A DNA stretch of 64,000 bases from assembly GCA_034437795.1 (NCBI GenBank), contig DAOTTI010000189.1, forward strand, positions 16,479 through 80,478, written 5' to 3'. The stretch's first letter is position 1; the number at the start of each line of letters is the position of its first letter. Source of the stretch: Chloroflexota bacterium (GTDB taxonomy: Bacteria > Chloroflexota > UBA11872 > UBA12225). This document shows positions 57,242-64,000 of this stretch, piece by piece. Made by a program: the position numbers and the translations under genes. Under the pieces are notes generated by a model. It was not told the DNA's origin. It worked only from the letters and a program-made list of their open reading frames with translations, and made no database searches.

Positions 57242-57681
57242 CCGGGCGGCTGGAGCAGCTCGATCGTGATGCCGTCGGGGTCACGGAGATAGACGGCGTA
57301 GCCGCCTTTGTTCACGCCCTGCGTGATGGCTATCGGCGCGGAGACGAAGCGCACGCCCCGCTGGCGCAGGCGGGCGTGAACGGCCGGCAGGTCGTCGACC
57401 AGAAAGCAGACGTGAGCGCAGCCGGGCCGGTTGGTGGCCAGCGGCAGGGGGTCTCCCGCCTGCGTCTGGTACTGGATCAGCTCCAGGATGTGGCCATTCC
57501 CAGGGAGCGTCAGGAAGACGATACGGAAGCGCTCGCCAGGGAAGCCGGTCACCTGCGCCGGATAGTCCGCCTCCGGCTGCATGTCGGCCAGTACCGTCAG
57601 ACCGAGCAGGTCGCGGTAAAAGGCCAGCGAGCGCTCCATGTCGCCCACGGTGAAGCTGCTGTGGTGGAAGCCTCGCAGCAT
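57238..57681 (-). CDS. VOC (glyoxalase / bleomycin-resistance / dioxygenase) family protein.
   Basis: ATG at 57681 (MLRGFHHSSFTVGDMERSLAFYRDLLG). The upstream low-complexity part of ORF 57238..58101 was rejected. Confidence 0.7.
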   Translation of the reverse strand: MLRGFHHSSFTVGDMERSLAFYRDLLGLTVLADMQPEADYPAQVTGFPGERFRIVFLTLPGNGHILELIQYQTQAGDPLPLATNRPGCAHVCFLVDDLPAVHARLRQRGVRFVSAPIAITQGVNKGGYAVYLRDPDGITIELLQPPG

Positions 57682-57886
57682 GCTCCCGGTGCCCTCCCCC
57701 TCGGGGCGCGTTCGCAGCACGCTGCTGGTGCCCCCTCCCCGCAGGCGACCTCGGGGCACGGCCCCAGTGCGTCCTCGCGGGCGAGTGCGCGGCCTGGTCC
57801 CCGTGCCTCCGTCTCGTAGGTGAGCGCGCGCCACCCCTGTGGCGTCTCCTCCCTGCTGATCCGCGCGCGCCATGGTGCTGGTCCCC

Positions 57887-59956
57887 TTACCCGCTGACAA
57901 GCTGGCGTACGGCCTCGGCGATCTTCTCAGCGCTGACCAGCACCTGCTCCTCCAGGTTTGCAGCGCAGGGGATGGGCACGTCGTCGCAGGTGACGCGCAC
58001 GACCGGCGCGTCGAGATAGTCAAAGGCCTGCTCCAGGATCGTGGCCACCAGCTCCGCGGCAAAGCCACAGGTGCGGTAGCCATCGTTGGCCACCACCGCA
58101 CGATGGGTCTTCTTCACCGAGGCAGTGATGGTGTCCACGTCCAGGGGCACGAGCGTGCGCAGGTCGATCACCTCGGCGTCGATGCCCTCCCCGGCCAGCG
58201 CCGCGGCGGCCTCGACGGCGTAGTGCGCCGCCAGCCCGCTGCCGATGATGGTGACTTGGCTGCCCGGCCGCCGGATGGCTGCCTTGCCCAGGGGGATGAG
58301 GTACTCTCCTTCCGGCACCACGCCGGTGGTGGCATAGAGCAGGCGCTTCTCGAAGCAGAGCACCGGATTGCCGTCGCGGATGGCGCTCTTGATCAGCCCC
58401 TTGGCGTCGTACGGCGTGGACGGCATGATCACCTTCAGCCCCGGGATGTGCGCCACCCAGGCCTCCAGGCTCTGCGAGTGCTGCGCCGCCAGGCCGATGC
58501 CGGTGGGGACCGCGCCCCGCACCAGCATCGGCACCGCCACCTGCCCGCCGGTCATGTAGCGCAGCTTGGCGGCGTGGTTCGCCAGCTGATCCATGGCCAG
58601 GGACAGGAAGTCCATCACCTGGATCTCCACCACCGGCCGCGCGCCAGCGATGGCGGCGCCGACGCCCATCCCCGTGAAGGCCTGCTCGGAGATGGGCGTG
58701 TCGATCACCCGCGCTGGACCGAACGCCTCCAGCAGGCCCTTGGTGCAGCCGAAGAGGCCGCCGGAGGCTGCCACGTCCTCACCCAGGACAAAGACGCGCG
58801 GGTCGCGCCCCATCTCTTCCCAGAGCGCTTCGTTGATGGCCTCAGCCAGGCTCAGCGTCCGCCCTCCCGTCTGGCCTGAACCGGCGGCGGGAACGCCCGG
58901 CTCCACCGCGCGGGCCACCTCGTCGGGCGCCGGCGCGAAGACGTCGGTATGGGCCTCCTCGGGGGCGGGTCGGGGGCTGGCCAGGGCAAAGGCCACGGCC
59001 TCGCGGATCAGCGCCTCCTCCTGGGCGCGGATGGCCTGGATCTGGTCGTCGGAGAGCACGCCGGCGGCCACCAGCCGGCGGCCTAGGACGTCAATCGGAT
59101 CGCGCGCCTTCCAGGCCGCGATCTCCTCCGCCGGCCGCACCTCGCGCGTGGCGAAGGCAGAGTGGCTGTGGAAGCGGTACGTCTTGCATTCCAGGAGCGT
59201 CGGCCCTGCGCCAGCGCGAGCCCGCTCCACGGCGGCACGGGTCGCCTCATAGACCGCCAGGACGTCCTGGCCATCAACGATCGCCCCTGGCAGGCCGAAC
59301 CCTTGCGCGCGGGTGGCCACGTCCGGCACCGAGAGGGTCTGGCTGGCCGGCGTGGTCAGGGCCCACAGGTTGTTCTCGCAGATGAACACCACCGGCAGCT
59401 TGAGCACCGTAGCCAGGTTGAGCGTCTCCAGCAGCACGCCCTGGTTGGCCGCGCCGTCGCCGAAGAAGCAGAGCACGACGCGGTCCTCGCCCAGCAGCCG
59501 CGCGGCGAGGGCCGCCCCGGCCGCGATCGGGGCGTTGGCGCCGACCACGGCGTCCGCGCCGAGCAGGCCGAAGGAGGGGCAGGCGACATGCATCGAGCCG
59601 CCCTTCCCGCGGCAGTAGCCGGTGGCGCGGCCCAGGATCTCGGCCATCATGCGCCTGGGGTCGAGCCCCATGGCCAGGCCGTGCCCGTGCCCGCGATGGG
59701 GGCTGGGGACGTAATCACGGGACGTGATGGCGGCGCAGGCGCCGGCGGCGACCGCCTCCATGCCGATGTAGAGGTGGGCCGTGCCCCGGATCTCGCCCTG
59801 CTTGAACAGGTCCAGTACGCTCTGCTCAAACAGCCGGATGCGCCACAGCAAGGCGTACAGGTGGCGCAGCCGGTCGGGAGCGAGCTCCGCGGGGAGGGAG
59901 GCGGTCGGCGCCGCAGAAGTCACGGCCATGGTCAGCGTTCCTCGTCCCAGGTCCAC
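57887..59956 (-). CDS. Fused 2-oxo-acid dehydrogenase E1 component, alpha plus beta subunits (TPP-dependent, acetoin/pyruvate dehydrogenase E1-like).
   Basis: N-terminal alpha part with the GDGAANQG TPP motif. C-terminal beta / transketolase-like part (DTPISEQAFTGMGVGAA). 689 aa in a single ORF. Confidence 0.8.
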   Translation of the reverse strand: MDLGRGTLTMAVTSAAPTASLPAELAPDRLRHLYALLWRIRLFEQSVLDLFKQGEIRGTAHLYIGMEAVAAGACAAITSRDYVPSPHRGHGHGLAMGLDPRRMMAEILGRATGYCRGKGGSMHVACPSFGLLGADAVVGANAPIAAGAALAARLLGEDRVVLCFFGDGAANQGVLLETLNLATVLKLPVVFICENNLWALTTPASQTLSVPDVATRAQGFGLPGAIVDGQDVLAVYEATRAAVERARAGAGPTLLECKTYRFHSHSAFATREVRPAEEIAAWKARDPIDVLGRRLVAAGVLSDDQIQAIRAQEEALIREAVAFALASPRPAPEEAHTDVFAPAPDEVARAVEPGVPAAGSGQTGGRTLSLAEAINEALWEEMGRDPRVFVLGEDVAASGGLFGCTKGLLEAFGPARVIDTPISEQAFTGMGVGAAIAGARPVVEIQVMDFLSLAMDQLANHAAKLRYMTGGQVAVPMLVRGAVPTGIGLAAQHSQSLEAWVAHIPGLKVIMPSTPYDAKGLIKSAIRDGNPVLCFEKRLLYATTGVVPEGEYLIPLGKAAIRRPGSQVTIIGSGLAAHYAVEAAAALAGEGIDAEVIDLRTLVPLDVDTITASVKKTHRAVVANDGYRTCGFAAELVATILEQAFDYLDAPVVRVTCDDVPIPCAANLEEQVLVSAEKIAEAVRQLVSG

Positions 59957-60699
59957 CAGGCCCCCGGCGGCAGGACGACCGGCTTCACCGTGGCGCGGCC
60001 GTCGGCCTGCATCTGCGCCAGGAGCGACGTAAACTGGCGCACCTCGTCACAGTGCACGTCCAGGAAATGGCAGGGGATGGCCACGTCCAGCCCGAGCCAC
60101 TGGCAGGCCAGGGCCGCTTCGTAGGGGGTCAGTTCACCGGTGACCACCCGCGCGTCGCCGGCGGCGATGACATCGGGCAGCGCCACATGCACCAGGCCGA
60201 TGTTCGGCCGGTAGAGCTCGCCGATCAGGCGTAGGTCGCTGAACAGGGCCGTGTCGCCCAGGTGGTAGATGCGTGTGCGCTCGTCGACGGAGACGATAAA
60301 GCCCATCGGCAAGCCGGTGGCCCAGCGCCCGTCGGGCAGGCGCACGCGAGACGTGTGGCGCGTCTCCACCGGCCGCACCCGCAGGCCGCGGAACTCCACC
60401 ACCATCCCCCAGGCCAGCTGGAGCACCTGCTCGGGCGGGAGGCCGCCCAGGGTCAGCGCCTCCTTCACTTCCGGTCCGCACACCACCGGCGCCCCGTCGC
60501 GGGCGGCGATCGTTGCCGCATCGCCCAGGTGGTCCCACGCCCCGTGGGTGACCAGCACCAGGTCGGCGCGCTCCAGGTCGCGGACCTTCACCGGGCTGGC
60601 CGGGTTCTCGTCGAGAAACGGGTCGATCAGCACACGCAGCCCCTGCGGTGTGACGATCTCGAACGCGGCGGCGCCAAAGAACCTCAGGTGAGTCGCCAT
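59932..60699 (-). CDS. MBL-fold metallo-hydrolase (UlaG / lactonase-like).
   Basis: VTHGAWDHLGD HxHxDH-type motif. 25-nt overlap with the downstream E1 gene. Confidence 0.75.
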   Translation of the reverse strand: MATHLRFFGAAAFEIVTPQGLRVLIDPFLDENPASPVKVRDLERADLVLVTHGAWDHLGDAATIAARDGAPVVCGPEVKEALTLGGLPPEQVLQLAWGMVVEFRGLRVRPVETRHTSRVRLPDGRWATGLPMGFIVSVDERTRIYHLGDTALFSDLRLIGELYRPNIGLVHVALPDVIAAGDARVVTGELTPYEAALACQWLGLDVAIPCHFLDVHCDEVRQFTSLLAQMQADGRATVKPVVLPPGAWWTWDEER

Positions 60700-60790
60700 C
60701 TTGCTCCCTCGCCGTCCTCATCTGGTGCCCGCGTGGTGCAGACCCCGCCATTGCCCTCTCGGGCCAGCCCCTCTCTCACTCCCTCACCGG

Positions 60791-61690
60791 CTACTGCGCC
60801 ACATGCCCGCCATCGACGTTGAGCGTGACCCCGGTGACCATGCTGGCGGCGTCCGAGGCCAGAAAGACGACGGGGCCGACGATCTCGTGCGGCTCACCCA
60901 GCCGGCCCAGCGGGATATTGCGCAGGAAATAGGCGCGGATCTCCGCATGCTGCAGGCTGCGCTCGATCAGGGGTGTCCGGAAGTGGGTGGGGGCGATGGC
61001 GTTCACCAGGATGCCGTGCCTGGCCCACTCAACGGCCAGTGTCCGTGTCAGGGCAACGAGGCCGCCCTTGGCCGCGGCATAGTTGGCGTTGCCGGTAGTG
61101 ACCCCGACCTGCGCCGCGATGGAGGCGATGTTGATGATCCGCCCGCCGCCCTGGCGGATCATGGCCCGCCCCGCCGCCTGCGCGCACAGGAAGGCGCCCT
61201 TGAGATCGACGGCCAGGACCTCGTCCCACTGCGCTTCGGTCATCTCCTCCGCCGGCGCGCGCCGGCCGATACCGGCATTGTTCACCAGGATGTCGATCCG
61301 CCCGAAGGTCTCCACCGCCCGCTGGACCATCGCCGCCACCTGGTCGGCGCGGCTGACGTCGCAGCGGACGGCCAGGGCGCGCCGCCCCACCTGGTGCACG
61401 TAGGCCGCCACCGGCTGCAGGCCGGCCTCATTGATGTCTACCAGCACGACATCGGCGCCAAACGTGGCCAGCCCGCAGGCGATGGCCTCACCCAGGCCGG
61501 ACGCCGCGCCGGTGACGATGGCCACGCGGTCCGTCAGGTCAAACAGGGCGCGCGTAATCCGCCGCGTGTCACAGCGGAGGCCGGTACCGGCCTCCGGCGC
61601 AATGCTGCGGCTGGGCGCCGTCGCCGGGGTCGCCGCCGGTCCAGCCACGGCCGCCGGTGCCGCCGGTGCAGTGTGAGAGTCGGTCGCCAT
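60791..61690 (-). CDS. SDR-family oxidoreductase (KduD / gluconate 5-dehydrogenase-like) with a ~40 aa Ala/Pro-rich N-terminal extension.
   Basis: VAIVTGAASGLG, NNAG, and YAAAKGG motifs. Confidence 0.8.
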   Translation of the reverse strand: MATDSHTAPAAPAAVAGPAATPATAPSRSIAPEAGTGLRCDTRRITRALFDLTDRVAIVTGAASGLGEAIACGLATFGADVVLVDINEAGLQPVAAYVHQVGRRALAVRCDVSRADQVAAMVQRAVETFGRIDILVNNAGIGRRAPAEEMTEAQWDEVLAVDLKGAFLCAQAAGRAMIRQGGGRIINIASIAAQVGVTTGNANYAAAKGGLVALTRTLAVEWARHGILVNAIAPTHFRTPLIERSLQHAEIRAYFLRNIPLGRLGEPHEIVGPVVFLASDAASMVTGVTLNVDGGHVAQ

Positions 61691-61706
61691 CAGGCCCTTG
61701 TCCTCT

Positions 61707-61723
61707 GATTGTATACCATCGAC
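61707..61723. promoter_or_regulatory. Palindromic motif copy 5 (gattgtataccatcgac), ending 17 nt upstream of the SDR start codon on the minus strand.
   Basis: Direct reading. On the coding strand the context is GTCGATGGTATACAATCAGAGGACAAGGGCCTG-ATG. Confidence 0.45.
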
Positions 61724-61882
61724 CGCTTACATTCCACCCCTCGCGGCCTCTGCCGGAGCCAGGCTGGAACCCGCAGGCTTCCTCCCTTTGAACCTTGAAC
61801 TTCAAGCGGCGCAGGCGCTGCAGTTCGCCCGCCTCTATGCGCTTCCAATAGGCGCTGCTGATGCGCGGATCTCTTGCTGCCC

Positions 61883-63765
61883 TCAGCTCACCACCTGCTC
61901 CAGTAGAAAGTCGCGCGTGCCGGGATCAAGGCCGTAATCACGGTAATTGACACGGAGATTACGCAGGACGTGGTGCCGGCGTGACCAGGCCAGCCGGCGC
62001 CGCGTGGCCTCCACTTCCTCCGTCGAGAGCCTGCTGGGAACAGGATCGATGTTGCAGACTGAGCCGACCGGGACGAAGCCTCGCGGCGCGCACAGGTGCT
62101 GGTAGAAATGCTGGTACTGACCTGTGATCTGCCACGGGAGGTCGGAAGGTTCAGGCTGCCACGCCTCGTCCTCCAGCGGCGGACGTGTCTGGCTAAGCAA
62201 GAAGAAAGCTAGCCCCGCGGTGGTGGCCACCTCCGTACCGAAGACGGTCGGCGGCGGTAGCCGTCGGCGGAGCGCGGCAAAGAAACCGTCCTCGTCCCAG
62301 CGCCAGAGCGCAGTTGCGTCGACGTGCACGGCATCGACGCCGAATTCCTGTACCGTGGGGATGAGGTGCTCCATGAAGGCCGCGCGCCAGAGGGGAGCAT
62401 CGGGGTCCATGCCCACGGCAGGCACCGTCCACGTCGGCCCAGGATGGTCGTACGCCTGGTGGATACGGAACCAGGCGCCGCGCAGGTCCGGCGGTGGGCC
62501 GCCCGCGCCGCCGGCGTTCCGCGGCCAGCCGAAGCAGGCCAGCTCCACTGTGTTCACACCCTGCAGGAAGACGAAGGTGAACGGGAAGGTATAGGCGTGG
62601 TGGCGCAGAAACCAGCCCGCCGGGCCGGTGAAGGTGCGGCCGTTGATCGTCACCTGCACCGTGCCGTGCCCGGCGTCGCCCAACCCGCCGAGGGTGAAGA
62701 CGGCCTCACAGCGCTGGGGCAGCGGCGCCGTGTCGAACGCCCAGCCCCGTGGTGTAGGGCGCACGGCGCTGGCCGGCACGCGCCCGCTGTCGTACTCCAG
62801 GGCCGTGCGCGGGCCGCCGCCGGGCCAGCCGACGTAGGGGCCGCGCAGGGGATCGTCCGGCGGCGCCGCGGGGATCGACTGGCCCGGCGGCGGGCTCTGC
62901 GCCTGGTGGGGATGCACGATCGGTGGCGGCGCGGTGCTGGGGTCGGTCCCCAGCCAGTTGCGCACGGCGGCCGGCGCCAGCCGCTCGAAGTCCGGGCGGG
63001 AGGGATCGGCGCCCCAGGCCAGCGTATGGATCATGATGCGATAGCCGCCTTCGTGGACCGCGGCCACCGCCTCCCGGAAGGCCGCACGCCCACCCAGCTC
63101 CGGCGCCGTCCGGTAGTACGGGTAGCCACCGTCGTAGGGGCCCGACCACCCGGGAAGGTAGAACACCACGCCGGGCGGGACGCCGAGCGCCTTGAGGTCG
63201 CGCGCGAGGTCGCGCAGGTGAGTGTAGGCGTGCGCCACCTCACCGTTGGGCCACCACATGTCGAACGTAAAGACTACCGGTATCCGTGCCGCCCACGCCG
63301 GCACTTCGCCAGTGGCGATGCGCTCGGCCAGCGGCCGGACACCGTACGCCTGGCGCAACCAGGCGACGTGGTCGGCGACCACCGTCTCCGCGGACCTGAC
63401 GGCGCGGCTGGCTGGCCGCTCATCCGTCCCTGATTCGAACGTCAGGCGAAAGCCGTCGCGGGTGCGCTCGACGCTCGCCACTGCCCACCGGCGCCGTACG
63501 GTAGTCGGGAACCCACCACCACCTTTGTCTGTCCCGCTCAGCTCATGCGTGGACCGGGCAGCGACTTCCAGGCAGTCGTCCTGCCCGTCCGCGTGCTCAA
63601 CCAGCACGAAGGGGAAGGTGAGCGGCGCCGGACGGCCATCCGGTCCAGGGCGCGGATAACGCGCGCCGACCGGCATCGAGCGATCCAGCACGACGCCATA
63701 CGTCCAGTGCACCGGCAGGTGGATGCGGGCGCGGTCCGGCAAGGAAAGCTGGACGGCAGACTGCA
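61883..63765 (-). CDS. Conserved ~630 aa protein of unknown function (paralog of 44993..46987).
   Basis: Collinear motifs with 44993..46987. ATG at 63765 (MQSAVQLSLPD), 11 nt after the stop of the upstream SBP gene. Confidence 0.7.
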
Positions 63766-63776
63766 TCGGACCACTC

Positions 63777-64000
63777 GTTACCGTCGGCTGAGGAGCTGAT
63801 TTTGCTCCCGTGCGATCTCGGCTGCCGCGACCCTGGCTGTTTGCTCGTTGCGCCATAGAGGCTGCAGGCCGCGGTCAAACGCCGCCTTGATGTTGCCCAG
63901 CTCAGGGTGAAGGGACGAATCCTGCGAGTACTCCAGCGCCGCCAGGCCGGCCCGGGTAATCCGCTCGGCGAACTCACTGGCCAGCGATTTGCGCGCCGGC
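63777..64000 (-). CDS. ABC transporter substrate-binding protein, C-terminal fragment (the gene continues beyond the window).
   Basis: Minus-strand translation ...ELGNIKAAFDRGLQPLWRNEQTARVAAAEIAREQNQLLSRR* resembles an SBP C-terminus. Confidence 0.5.

Noticed and set aside
57682-58101. N-terminal 140 aa of ORF 57238..58101 preceding the VOC domain.
   Set aside because: Gly/Arg/Thr-rich low complexity overlapping the 3' end of the E1 gene region. The VOC fold starts at ATG 57681.

Overview
This is a 64 kb, very high-GC (about 68-70%) bacterial chromosomal segment with almost no non-coding space. Long spurious antisense ORFs are common, so I called genes by protein-family recognition and not by ORF length. 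The sequence does not identify the organism beyond a high-GC, possibly Chloroflexota- or Actinobacteria-like bacterium.

Main content:
(1) A large set of carbohydrate or sulfated-glycan catabolism genes. It includes seven family-1 (MalE-like) ABC substrate-binding proteins, and I saw no permease or ATPase gene anywhere in the window. It also includes two sulfatase-family enzymes, one of them non-canonical, three enolase-superfamily dehydratases and two Gfo/Idh/MocA oxidoreductases. Further members are an SMP-30 lactonase, a sugar-phosphate isomerase TIM barrel, a LacI regulator and two ADP-ribosylglycohydrolase-family proteins. There are also two paralogous ~650 aa proteins of unknown function, a putative polysaccharide lyase, and an operon of KduD-like SDR, MBL hydrolase, fused E1 alpha-beta TPP enzyme and VOC.
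(2) A lipid-type cluster of FabG, FabF, a SAM methyltransferase and a MaoC dehydratase with no acpP. It is bracketed by two DUF5069 paralogs, and fabI sits elsewhere.
(3) Housekeeping genes: MetE-like methionine synthase, endonuclease V, nucleoside hydrolase, HD phosphohydrolase, YceI and MgtC.
(4) A decayed IS region at 27.5-35.5 kb, with IS701-, IS630- and IS4-like transposase remnants.
(5) Several dispersed repeat families: REP-like CCCTCTCCC...GGGAGAGGG hairpins, a ~200-nt composite repeat, a ~90-nt repeat in three copies whose best two copies end in inverted repeats, a 61-nt-period degenerate array, and tandem 16-mer and 20-mer expansions. A 20-bp palindromic motif recurs in five promoter regions.

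The most notable single observation is an in-frame TGA sitting exactly on the first Cys of the CxxC motif of a thioredoxin-like/NHL-repeat protein. An in-frame ATG lies upstream, and a GGUC-loop hairpin follows 19 nt downstream. This is a candidate selenocysteine site with a bacterial SECIS element.
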